From NCBI GenBank assembly GCA_041665385.1, contig JBAYIX010000003.1, positions 13,128-77,127 of the forward strand: a DNA stretch of 64,000 bases, in the 5' to 3' direction. A model generated the notes under the pieces. That model saw nothing but the letters and a program-made list of their open reading frames with translations. It was not told where the DNA came from and made no database searches. Shown in pieces: positions 40,497-49,673 of the stretch (position 1 is the stretch's first letter; each line of letters opens with the position of its first letter). The translations under genes and the position numbers were made by a program. The DNA comes from Minisyncoccota bacterium (GTDB lineage Bacteria > Patescibacteriota > Minisyncoccia > Phycocordibacterales > PALSA-1337).

Positions 40497-40583
40497 GCGG
40501 AGAGGAAGGGATTCGAACCCTTGATGCCCTTTCGGACATACTACCTTTCCAGGGTAGCCCATTCGACCGCTCTGGCACCTCTC
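40497..40583 (-). tRNA. tRNA-Ser (anticodon GGA)
   Basis: 87 nt. Acceptor GGAGAGG/CCTCTCC, 3-bp D stem with an 11-nt D loop, anticodon loop CTGGAAA, long variable arm (ATGTCC-GAAA-GGGCAT), T-arm AAGGG-TTCGAAT-CCCTT, discriminator G. Confidence 0.8.
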
Positions 40584-40615
40584 CATGGAGAACATAATAG
40601 TATTAATTTGGACTT

Positions 40616-40996
40616 TTGGGAAATAAATCATATAATGTACCTATTAATCGTGATAATTTTGAAAGTATGAAATCCATAAAAAAGACGAATATTACTTCAC
40701 CTTTGCCCAAGGAAACATACGAAAAAAACGCACGGCTATACAAAATTTTGGCAAATCCCAAACGTTTGGAGATATTGAATATCTTAAAACAGAATGATAC
40801 ATCGGTAGAGAAACTCCTAACCCTTACAAAACTCCCAAAAGCTAACCTTTCACAACATATGGCCGTTATGCGTCATTGTGGCCTCGTTGTCTCTCATAGG
40901 AAAGGTCTAAATATTACTTATAGCATCGTAGATCCACGCATTGTCGCGGCGTGCGGCATACTCCAGCAACTGCGAAGTCTAGATCTAGTCAGATAA
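40616..40996 (+). CDS. ArsR/SmtB-family transcriptional regulator
   Basis: LANPKRLEILNIL ... LSQHMAVMRHCGLVVSHRKG wHTH. The true start is probably the ATG at 40667. Confidence 0.7.
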   Translation: MGNKSYNVPINRDNFESMKSIKKTNITSPLPKETYEKNARLYKILANPKRLEILNILKQNDTSVEKLLTLTKLPKANLSQHMAVMRHCGLVVSHRKGLNITYSIVDPRIVAACGILQQLRSLDLVR

Positions 40997-41014
40997 TTGT
41001 TTGATAACATATAA

Positions 41015-42025
41015 ATGAAAATAATATTTTTTGAAGCCACAGAAGAAGAAAAGCAATTTTTATCTAATCTTTCACCTGAAAATGATTGTGTTTTTTATGA
41101 AGAAACTTTAACAGAACAAAATGTGGACCTAGCAAAGGATGCAGAAGCAATATCTATTTTTGTAAATTCTGTACTTTCTGAAAAAGTAATAGAGGGAATA
41201 CCAAATCTAAAGTTTATCTCCACGCGTTCTACAGGTTTCGACCATATAGACATTGAGTTTGCAAAAAAAAGAGGCATAAAAGTTTCGAACGTCCCATCTT
41301 ATGGTTCACGAACAGTTGCTGAATATACTTTTGCACTTATCCTGAACCTATCGCGTAAGGTCGGAGATGCATCACTCCAGATAAAACAAAATGGTGATTT
41401 TGATATATCATCTTTTCGAGGGTTTGATCTCTATGAGAAGACATTGGGTGTCATAGGTACAGGTAAAATAGGTAAAAATGTTATAAAGATTGCTCGAGGC
41501 TTTGGCATGAATGTTTTGGCTTTTGATAAATTTCACGATGATAAATTTGCAGCGGAGAACAATGTAAAATATCTACCGCTCGAAGAAGTACTTTCACTTT
41601 CAGATGTCGTCACTATTCATACTCTCTATAACAAAGATACCTACCATCTTCTCAATAAGGAAAATATGAAGCTTATGAAGAAAGGTGCATATCTCATAAA
41701 TACTGCACGCGGGGAAATAGTAGAAACCGACGCTCTGGTGTGGGCACTTCAGGAAAAGATACTTGCTGGCGCAGGTCTGGATGTCCTCGAAGGCGAGCGT
41801 GCTCTCAAAGAAGGTACAGAGGCTGTGATGGATGAAGGCCGAAAGGATCAAAATTTCAAAACCTTGCTCGAAGATCATATACTCATGGATATGCCGAACG
41901 TTACGGTGACGCCACACATCGCTTTTTCTTCCCGAGAAGCCGAAGCAGAAATACTAAAAACAACAATAGAAAATATCATCGCATATAATATAGGTGCACC
42001 ACAAAACTTGGTACAAAAAGTATGA
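41015..42025 (+). CDS. D-isomer-specific 2-hydroxyacid dehydrogenase (D-lactate dehydrogenase-like)
   Basis: NAD-binding GVIGTGKIGKNV, catalytic Arg/Glu/His triad pattern. Confidence 0.85.
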   Translation: MKIIFFEATEEEKQFLSNLSPENDCVFYEETLTEQNVDLAKDAEAISIFVNSVLSEKVIEGIPNLKFISTRSTGFDHIDIEFAKKRGIKVSNVPSYGSRTVAEYTFALILNLSRKVGDASLQIKQNGDFDISSFRGFDLYEKTLGVIGTGKIGKNVIKIARGFGMNVLAFDKFHDDKFAAENNVKYLPLEEVLSLSDVVTIHTLYNKDTYHLLNKENMKLMKKGAYLINTARGEIVETDALVWALQEKILAGAGLDVLEGERALKEGTEAVMDEGRKDQNFKTLLEDHILMDMPNVTVTPHIAFSSREAEAEILKTTIENIIAYNIGAPQNLVQKV

Positions 42026-42825
42026 ATAGCAAGTCCCAAATAATAGCGACTATAGGTCCGGCAAGCAGGGACAAAAATATCCTACGGGAGATGATCTTGC
42101 ACCAGATGGATGTAGCCAGGCTCAACTTTTCCTGGGCATCGACGAAGGAGCATGCTGAAAATATAGCCACCATAAGGGAATTGGAAAAAGAAATTGGCAG
42201 AAAAATAATTATCATCCAAGATCTTTCCGGTCCCAGAGTGCAAAAAGAGGATAGTCATCAATACAACGCTCTCGCTGTTGAAACTATTACAGAAAAAGAT
42301 CTTAGCGATCTGGATTTTGGTCTCAAGGCTGGCGTCGACTATGTGGCGATGTCCTTCGTCGGTTCGGCGAAAGATATAGAGCGGCTTCGTGGGGAGATAG
42401 TAAAAAGAGGCAAGGATACCCCGATCATTGCAAAGATCGAGAGGAGGGATGCACTCACGAACCTTTCCGAGATCATCCAGGCTTCCGATGCGGTCTTGAT
42501 AGCACGCGGTGATTTGCGCGATGCTATCCCTCTCGAGCAGATACCTTTCGTTCAGGCAGACATCATTCATAGGTGCAAGGCGGCAGGTAAGCCTGTCATC
42601 ACTGCGACCGAGATGCTCCTTTCCATGACCGACCATTCTCTGCCCACGCGTGCAGAGGTGACAGATGTGGCAAATGCCATCATCCAGGGTTCCGATGCCG
42701 TCATGCTGTCCGAAGAAACTGCTCGAGGCAAGTATCCAGTAGAAGCAGTGAAGATCATGGAGAGGATCGTCCTAGAGGCGGAGCGACACCTGGGGGGCAA
42801 CGCTGTATTCGACGTACTAAAATGA
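42022..42825 (+). CDS. minimal pyruvate kinase (barrel domain only; B/lid and C-terminal domains absent)
   Basis: KIIATIGPAS, MDVARLNFSW, MSFVG, IAKIERR, ARGDL, MLSEETA motifs of the PK A-domain. A short linker RVQKEDSHQYN replaces the roughly 100-aa B domain. Ends at 267 aa. Confidence 0.65.
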   Translation: MNSKSQIIATIGPASRDKNILREMILHQMDVARLNFSWASTKEHAENIATIRELEKEIGRKIIIIQDLSGPRVQKEDSHQYNALAVETITEKDLSDLDFGLKAGVDYVAMSFVGSAKDIERLRGEIVKRGKDTPIIAKIERRDALTNLSEIIQASDAVLIARGDLRDAIPLEQIPFVQADIIHRCKAAGKPVITATEMLLSMTDHSLPTRAEVTDVANAIIQGSDAVMLSEETARGKYPVEAVKIMERIVLEAERHLGGNAVFDVLK

Positions 42826-43952
42826 AATACTATATCGTCGCGGCGAGAAATAAGCTGTTTTTTTTATTTTATAAAGTCGTACTCAAGCCGATTTTTTTTC
42901 GCATGGATCCGGAAGATGTTCATGACAGGATGAATGTCGTGGGCAAGGTTTTGGGTAAGTATAGAATTTCACAATTGTTTTCGCGGGTACTTTTTGGATA
43001 TTCTCATCCTAGTTTGGAGCAGACCGTTCTCGGAATAAAGTTTGAAAATCCTGTTGGTCTTGCGGCCGGATTTGATAAAAATGGTGAGCTTACAGATATC
43101 ATACCTTTTGTTGGTTTTGGCTTTGAAGAGATAGGGTCCGTAACGGGTAATCGCTGTGAGGGTAACCCAAAGCCACGGTTGTGGAGATTGCAGAAATCAG
43201 AGGGGTTGGTCGTGTACTATGGTCTGAAAAATGATGGAGCGGGGGCTATCCGAGCGAGACTCCTTGGTAAGAAGTTTGTGAGACCTATTGGTACGAGCGT
43301 TGCCATGACAAATTGCAAGGAAAATATGGAGCTCAATACGGCGGTGGGGGATTATGCAAAAGCATTTACCTCATTCACGGACATAGGTCATTATTTCACT
43401 ATCAACATCAGTTGTCCCAATGCCGAGGGTGGTCAGCCCTTCGTCGATGCAGACAAACTCCATATTTTACTTGATTCTTTAGATAAGATATATACATCCA
43501 AGCCAGTTTTCATAAAACTTTCGCCGGATATTACTCTTGAAAAAGTTGACACTATTTTGGATGTGGCAAAGAAACATCGTGTTCATGGTATCATCGTCAC
43601 CAACCTTACAAAGAAAAGAGACAACCCAGCTATTTTAGATCTGAATATTCCTGCACACGGAGGCATCAGTGGTAAACCTGTGCAGAGCATGTCGGACGAC
43701 CTCATCGCACACATATATAAGAGAGAGAGCGGACGGTTTGTCATCATAGGTTGTGGAGGGATATTCACCGCCGAGGATGCATATAGGAAGATACGTCTGG
43801 GCGCGACACTGCTCCAGCTCATAACAGGGATGATATATCAAGGTCCACAGGTTATTGGCGAGATAAACAGGGGTATAGTAAGATTACTGTCGCGTGACGG
43901 ATATGCAAATATTAGTGAAGCAATCGGCGCCGCGCATAACAAACAAAAATGA
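42822..43952 (+). CDS. pyrD: dihydroorotate dehydrogenase (class 2, quinone)
   Basis: GLAAGFDKNGE and the FMN/orotate binding pattern. N-terminal membrane-association segment. Confidence 0.85.
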   Translation: MKYYIVAARNKLFFLFYKVVLKPIFFRMDPEDVHDRMNVVGKVLGKYRISQLFSRVLFGYSHPSLEQTVLGIKFENPVGLAAGFDKNGELTDIIPFVGFGFEEIGSVTGNRCEGNPKPRLWRLQKSEGLVVYYGLKNDGAGAIRARLLGKKFVRPIGTSVAMTNCKENMELNTAVGDYAKAFTSFTDIGHYFTINISCPNAEGGQPFVDADKLHILLDSLDKIYTSKPVFIKLSPDITLEKVDTILDVAKKHRVHGIIVTNLTKKRDNPAILDLNIPAHGGISGKPVQSMSDDLIAHIYKRESGRFVIIGCGGIFTAEDAYRKIRLGATLLQLITGMIYQGPQVIGEINRGIVRLLSRDGYANISEAIGAAHNKQK

Positions 43953-44599
43953 ATACAGAAAATAAAATAGGCAAGCTCGTAATAGTCCGGCATCATGAGT
44001 CAGAATGGAACAAGCTCGGCAAGTGGACGGGTCTCACAGATGTGCATCTGACACCACACGGTCACGCCAAGTCCGAAGAGATGGGATCACTCATAAAGGA
44101 GATTTGCTTCGATCAGGCATTTACCTCGAAGCAGGTGCGTTCGATAGAGACACTATCGTCTATGCTCAAAAACTGCATGGCGGACCAGCACCTACCTACA
44201 GAACAAGCGGCGGCATTGAATGAGCGCGATTATGGAGATTATACAGGTAAAAATAAGTGGGATATGCAGACGCTTCTGGGTAAAGAAGAATTTGATAAGT
44301 TGCGTCGAGAATGGGACCACCCAGTGCCAAATGGTGAGACACTGAAAATGGTTTATGAAAGGGCGGTACCTTTCTACTTGGAAAAAATATTACCACTCTT
44401 GGTCGCAGGTAAAAATGTTTTGATAGTTTCTCACGGTAATACTATCCGTGCGCTTATGAAATATATCGAGAATATTGCCGACAAGGACATGGTGCATGTA
44501 GAAATGCTTTTTGGTGCGGTACTCATATATGACTTGGATAAGGAAGGTCGTATGCTAAGGAAGGAGATCAGAAAAGTAGAGTCTCATGTGAATGCATAA
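43949..44599 (+). CDS. histidine-phosphatase-family protein (2,3-BPG-dependent phosphoglycerate mutase-like)
   Basis: RHHESEWN (RHG-type catalytic His) and a second His in SHGNTIRAL. Confidence 0.75.
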   Translation: MNTENKIGKLVIVRHHESEWNKLGKWTGLTDVHLTPHGHAKSEEMGSLIKEICFDQAFTSKQVRSIETLSSMLKNCMADQHLPTEQAAALNERDYGDYTGKNKWDMQTLLGKEEFDKLRREWDHPVPNGETLKMVYERAVPFYLEKILPLLVAGKNVLIVSHGNTIRALMKYIENIADKDMVHVEMLFGAVLIYDLDKEGRMLRKEIRKVESHVNA

Positions 44600-44693
44600 G
44601 GTCAGCCACGATTGAGTTTACTCCTTCTGGTCTGTGCATAACTCACATATCTTGTTTTCCTATAATGAGTTAAAATTTCGTCAGGAGGACTTT

Positions 44694-44915
44694 ATGAATG
44701 GACACCTATCCGCACAACTTCCCCCGCTTTTGGTAGAATACGCAGATCAGTTGCGCGGGGAAGTCGTAGGAGAAAAGAATAGGTACTTTACCGGAGAAAA
44801 ATTTCAGCATTCTCCGGATACTACCGAGTGTCGGTTTCACCACCTCGTTTGGGGTGGACTTCAGAGATTTCACGAGCATTTCAAAACATCCCATTTGCTT
44901 CGGGGTGGTACCTGA
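44694..44915 (+). CDS. small hypothetical protein (73 aa)
   Basis: AGGAGG RBS 7 nt upstream of ATG 44694. Terminator at 44926-44955. His/Gly-rich. Confidence 0.3.
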   Translation: MNGHLSAQLPPLLVEYADQLRGEVVGEKNRYFTGEKFQHSPDTTECRFHHLVWGGLQRFHEHFKTSHLLRGGT

Positions 44916-44925
44916 AGCTTAGGAC

Positions 44926-44955
44926 CGGGTGGGTACGAGTGTACCCGCCTTTTTT
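44926..44955 (+). terminator. Rho-independent terminator
   Basis: GGTGGGTAC-GAGT-GTACCCGCC (one U-G pair), then TTTTTTA. Confidence 0.55.
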
Positions 44956-44986
44956 ATATTGGAATACTTTTGGCTATTCTGGTAAC

Positions 44987-46084
44987 ATGCGGATCATGAT
45001 CAGTCAAAAGGGTAAAAAAGTATATGTCGGTCTTTCCGGTGGCGTAGATAGCGCCGTTTCCCTGGCTTTGCTGCAAAAAGCCGGATATGACGTTACGGGA
45101 GTCTTTATAAAGGTTTGGCAACCCGACTGGATAGAATGTAGCTCGAGAGAAGATCGTCATGACGCTATGAGGGTTGCGGCGCATCTGAATGTGCCTTTTG
45201 TCACTCTGGATTTGGAAAAGGAATATAAGGAAGGAGTGATAGACTATATGATATCGGAGTACAAGGTTGGGCGTACGCCAAATCCGGATGTGATGTGCAA
45301 TAGAGAGGTAAAATTTGGTGCTTTTTGGAAATGGGCAAAAAACAATGGCGCAGATTATATTGCGACTGGACATTATGCGCAGGTGACACCAGACCGGAAA
45401 ATGCTTATGGGCAATGATTCGAACAAGGATCAGACATATTTTTTGTGGACTCTGGAGAGGTCGGACCTCTCCCATGTTCTATTTCCCGTGGGACATTTAC
45501 CAAAGCCAGAGGTGAGAAAGCTCGCAAAAAAGTTCCACCTACCAAATGCCGTAAAGAAGGATAGTCAAGGATTGTGTTTCATCGGCAAGATCGATGTAAA
45601 GGATTTTTTGAGGCATTACATAAAGGAACAACCTGGCAATGTTCTCGATAATAAAGGAAAAATAATAGGCTTACATACTGGTGCCTTGCTCTATACCATA
45701 GGCGAGCGTCACGGTTTTGAAATATATTCAAAAACGCCAAATGATACTCCCTACTATGTCATATCAAAGAATGTTGAACAAAATACAATCACAGTTTCAA
45801 ATAAAAAAGACAATGATATCTTGCCTGGTGGCAAGAATGAAGTGGAGTTGGAAAAAGTAACCTGGGTATCTGGTAAACCTCCAGAAGGCAATCATGTTAT
45901 TCATAGCTTTCCATTCCAGACTAGGAGCAGGTACAGACAAGAATTGCAGAATGTTCGAATAATATCTGCGAGCGATGGTAAAGCAAAAATTGAGTTTGAA
46001 AACATTCAGGATACTCTCACACCAGGTCAGTCTCTTGTGATATATAAAGATGAGGAATGTCTGGGTGGAGGAATAATATTATAA
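44987..46084 (+). CDS. mnmA: tRNA-specific 2-thiouridylase MnmA
   Basis: PP-loop SGGVDS, catalytic Cys pattern. Start reset to the ATG at 44987 (MRIMISQKGKKVYVGLSGG). Confidence 0.85.
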   Translation: MRIMISQKGKKVYVGLSGGVDSAVSLALLQKAGYDVTGVFIKVWQPDWIECSSREDRHDAMRVAAHLNVPFVTLDLEKEYKEGVIDYMISEYKVGRTPNPDVMCNREVKFGAFWKWAKNNGADYIATGHYAQVTPDRKMLMGNDSNKDQTYFLWTLERSDLSHVLFPVGHLPKPEVRKLAKKFHLPNAVKKDSQGLCFIGKIDVKDFLRHYIKEQPGNVLDNKGKIIGLHTGALLYTIGERHGFEIYSKTPNDTPYYVISKNVEQNTITVSNKKDNDILPGGKNEVELEKVTWVSGKPPEGNHVIHSFPFQTRSRYRQELQNVRIISASDGKAKIEFENIQDTLTPGQSLVIYKDEECLGGGIIL

Positions 46085-46103
46085 ATATTGCTATAATGTC
46101 GCA

Positions 46104-46949
46104 ATGACAAATCCAGTCACAGTCACGAAAAACGATGGAACCAAGCAGGTATTCGAAGAAGAGAAGCTCATCCAATCTCTAAAAAGAGTGCATGCGCCGG
46201 ATGAAGCCGTAGCAGACATTGTGGACCAGATCGGTAGAGAAATGCATGACGGCATAACAACTACGGAGATTTATGCCAGAGCTTTTGAACTTCTGAAAAA
46301 ACATTCTCATCATGCCGCTCTGAAATACTCCATAAGAAGGGCGATATTTGATCTGGGGCCCGATGGTTTCCCATTTGAAAAGTTCGTTGCAAGAATATTC
46401 AATGTTTGGGGTTACGAAGCTGTTACCGACCAGATAGTCATGGGTGAATGTGTTTCTCACGAAGTGGATGTGGTTGCTTGGAAAGGTGATGAGCTCGCCA
46501 TGGTTGAGGCAAAATTTCACAACGAATTTGGCATGAAGTCGGATCTCAAGGTTGCGTTGTACATCAAGGCGCGGTACGACGATCTTTCTATGAATGTTTA
46601 TGATTTTGGAGGTAGAGAACGCAAACTCTCGGGCCGTTGGCTGGTCACAAATACAAAGTTTACGGACAAGGCGATCATTTATGGCGAATGCAAGAAGCTC
46701 AATCTCATAGGCTGGAACTATCCGGCGCAAAATAGTCTGCATGACATTATCGAAAAATATACTCTTCATCCAATCACATCCCTTACCTCGCTTACTAGTC
46801 AGCAAAAGAAAGAGCTTGTGAATAGGGGGGCGATCATTTGTTCGGATCTGGTGAAGAATCCACAACATTTGAGGGATATTGGTGTGCATGAGGATATGAT
46901 AGAAAAGATCATTCATGAGTCGGAGGCGATCGCACAGCTTTCAAAGTAG
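46104..46949 (+). CDS. ATP-cone domain fused to Mrr-type PD-(D/E)xK restriction-endonuclease-like domain
   Basis: N-terminal VTVTKNDGTKQVFEEEKLIQSLKRV ... is ATP-cone-like. C-terminal GYEAV ... EVDVVAW ... VEAKFH is the Mrr_cat D ... (D/E)xK motif. Confidence 0.65.
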   Translation: MTNPVTVTKNDGTKQVFEEEKLIQSLKRVHAPDEAVADIVDQIGREMHDGITTTEIYARAFELLKKHSHHAALKYSIRRAIFDLGPDGFPFEKFVARIFNVWGYEAVTDQIVMGECVSHEVDVVAWKGDELAMVEAKFHNEFGMKSDLKVALYIKARYDDLSMNVYDFGGRERKLSGRWLVTNTKFTDKAIIYGECKKLNLIGWNYPAQNSLHDIIEKYTLHPITSLTSLTSQQKKELVNRGAIICSDLVKNPQHLRDIGVHEDMIEKIIHESEAIAQLSK

Positions 46950-47123
46950 TTTTGTAGGCACCAGTCAAGAGAAGCCCTTCGGGACACGCCGTCGGTGCCT
47001 GCTGGCACCGCGGCTGGTTCTCGGCCGCCTACGCGGCCTCCGAAACGTCCCTCAGAGCTTTCTCTTGACCGGTGCCTTTCCACACCACTTCAATTATTTG
47101 TGCGGTCGTTATAAAATGCACTT

Positions 47124-47720
47124 ATGCCAGACAAAACAGAAAAAATGAAAGTCATTCACGACGAGATCACGGCTCTCAAGGAGTCTCCGCTATATGAATA
47201 CCGCACGACCAATAATTATTTCCCTGTAATAGGCGAGGGTAGTCTCACAGCAAAGATTATGTTCGTGGGTGAAGCTCCAGGCAGGAATGAGGCAAAGACC
47301 GGAAGGCCTTTTTGTGGTGCGGCGGGGAAGGTGCTGGATAGTCTATTGGGGCATGTAGGCATCGAACGTCAGTTTATTTATATAACTAACATAGTGAAGG
47401 ATCGTCCGCCAGAGAATAGAGATCCAACAGCGCGAGAGATAGAAGTTTACGGCCCATTCCTGGACAGGCAGATAGAGATTATACAGCCTCATGTCATTGC
47501 GACCTTGGGTAGGTATGCTATGGGCTATATTATGGGTAGGTTTCATCTCGGAGAGAAGTTGGAACCGATAGGTGAAGCTCATGGGAAAACATATAAGGCG
47601 AACGCGAGCTATGGAGATATCGATATTGTGGCGCTTTATCACCCGTGTGTGGCGGTTTACAATCCGAATAATATTGGCAAATTAAAAAAGGATTTTGAGG
47701 TGCTGAAGGCATATTTTTGA
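47124..47720 (+). CDS. uracil-DNA glycosylase, family 4
   Basis: GEAPGRNEAKTGRPFCGAAGKVLD motif A, plus the HP motif near the C-terminus. Confidence 0.85.
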   Translation: MPDKTEKMKVIHDEITALKESPLYEYRTTNNYFPVIGEGSLTAKIMFVGEAPGRNEAKTGRPFCGAAGKVLDSLLGHVGIERQFIYITNIVKDRPPENRDPTAREIEVYGPFLDRQIEIIQPHVIATLGRYAMGYIMGRFHLGEKLEPIGEAHGKTYKANASYGDIDIVALYHPCVAVYNPNNIGKLKKDFEVLKAYF

Positions 47721-47816
47721 CAAAAGAATTAATTCTTATAAATATAGAAACGGGCACATAGATGTCTTTTCAAATAAAAAGCTGACGAAATAGACACAAA
47801 ATGCTATATTTCATGC

Positions 47817-49661
47817 ATGAAATCACAAGAGATAAGGTCGCGTTTCCTAGCTTTTTTTGAGAAGCGCAAACACGTCATCATACCTTCTGCTTCGCTCGTC
47901 ACCTCGGACGAAAAGGGAGTTACAGACAGCACACTCTTTAACGCCGCAGGCATGCAGCCACTCGTGCCATATCTCCTGGGCAAGCCACACCCTATGGGCA
48001 AGCGCCTGGCAAATGTACAAAAAGTCCTGCGCACAGTAGACATAGATGAGATAGGCGACAATACCCATGCGACATTTTTCGAAATGTTGGGAAACTGGTC
48101 ACTGGGAGACTATTTCAAGGAGGAAGCCATAAACTGGAGTTATGAATTTCTGACTTCAAGGGAGGAGGGTCTTGGTTTGGATCCTGAACGACTTTACATA
48201 ACCGTCTTCGAAGGCGATCACAATGCCCCAAAGGACGATGAAGCTGCAAATATATGGCGCAAGATCTATTCTGATAATCATCAGGAAGTAGAAAAAGAGG
48301 AAAAATCCCGGATATTTTTCATGCCGGCGAGCTCGAACTGGTGGCAAGCGGGTGAAAATGGACCCTGTGGACCGGATACTGAGATGTATTATGATATCGG
48401 TAATAAATTTGCTGGCAAGCATATCACCAAGGAACAATTCCTCGATGCCGACTCGAAGCGAGAAGTCGTGGAGATCTGGAACGACGTTTTTATGCAATAT
48501 GAAAAAATTGATGGCAAGATAGTGGGTAGTCTGCCAAATCCTTCCGTAGATACCGGGGCGGGGCTCGAACGCGTAACCATGACGATGCAAAATGTATCAA
48601 ACATTTATGATACCGATCTTTTCCTGGACATCATGTCGGTGACCAAAAAATGGTCAGGCGACCGAAAGAGTCAGAGAATCATAGCTGACCACATCCGTGC
48701 TGCGGTTTTCCTCATTACCGATCGTGTCGTGCCTTCCAATACCGATCGGGGCTATGTACTTCGTCGTTTGATAAGAAAGGCGATATTTCACACGGACAAA
48801 AAAAGCATAAATGAAGAGGGTATTGACGAGCTCATAGATGCGGTCATAAGGATATATGGAGATGCATATCCAGATCTTTCCGCGAAAAGCCCTGCTACAA
48901 AGAAAGTCCTAGCAGATGAATCTGCAAAATTCACCCATGCGTTGGAAGAAGGAAGTAAAGAATTTGAAAAGCTCGCGACCGCAAGTGTATTTGAAGATAT
49001 GAAAATATCTGGAAAAGATGCCTTCATGCTCTTTTCTTCTTACGGACTGCCCATAGATATGACGGTAGCACTGGCAAAAGAAAAAGACTTGATTGTGGAT
49101 GTAAATGGTTATAACGATGAATACAAAAAACATCAGGAGCTTTCGCGCGCGGGCGCAGAGAAAAAGTTCAAAGGCGGACTCTCCGATGTTTCCGATGAGA
49201 TGGTACTCCGGTATCATACCGCTACACATCTCTTGCATCAGGCTCTCCATGACGTGCTCGGCCCGGGTGTGATGCAAAAAGGCTCCAATATAACGCCGGA
49301 GCGTTTGCGTTTTGACTTTGCCCACAGCACAAAGATGACAGAACAAGAAAAGATGAAAGTAGAAAATATTATCAATGAAAAAATAGCTGCAGCCCTGCCT
49401 GTGAACAAGGTTATCATGTCGAGGGAAAAAGCCGAAAAAACTGGTGCAAAACATTTCTTCGGAGAAAAATATGGCAGTGAGGTATCGATATATTTCATTG
49501 GTGATACGCTAGATCGGGCGTATTCAAAAGAATTTTGCGGAGGTCCGCATGTAGAAAACACGAACCATCTCTCCGGTCCGGAAGGTAATTGGCGCTTCAA
49601 GATCACAAAAGAGGAAGCCGTCGCACAAGGTATACGTCGCATAAAGGCGGTTTTGGTATGA
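47817..49661 (+). CDS. alaS: alanine--tRNA ligase (catalytic + editing domains; C-Ala domain absent)
   Basis: N-terminal class II aaRS AlaRS motifs (FNAAGMQPL). Editing-domain HxxxH (HTATHLLHQALH). 614 aa. Confidence 0.9.
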   Translation: MKSQEIRSRFLAFFEKRKHVIIPSASLVTSDEKGVTDSTLFNAAGMQPLVPYLLGKPHPMGKRLANVQKVLRTVDIDEIGDNTHATFFEMLGNWSLGDYFKEEAINWSYEFLTSREEGLGLDPERLYITVFEGDHNAPKDDEAANIWRKIYSDNHQEVEKEEKSRIFFMPASSNWWQAGENGPCGPDTEMYYDIGNKFAGKHITKEQFLDADSKREVVEIWNDVFMQYEKIDGKIVGSLPNPSVDTGAGLERVTMTMQNVSNIYDTDLFLDIMSVTKKWSGDRKSQRIIADHIRAAVFLITDRVVPSNTDRGYVLRRLIRKAIFHTDKKSINEEGIDELIDAVIRIYGDAYPDLSAKSPATKKVLADESAKFTHALEEGSKEFEKLATASVFEDMKISGKDAFMLFSSYGLPIDMTVALAKEKDLIVDVNGYNDEYKKHQELSRAGAEKKFKGGLSDVSDEMVLRYHTATHLLHQALHDVLGPGVMQKGSNITPERLRFDFAHSTKMTEQEKMKVENIINEKIAAALPVNKVIMSREKAEKTGAKHFFGEKYGSEVSIYFIGDTLDRAYSKEFCGGPHVENTNHLSGPEGNWRFKITKEEAVAQGIRRIKAVLV

Positions 49662-49673
49662 TATAATTCGTTC

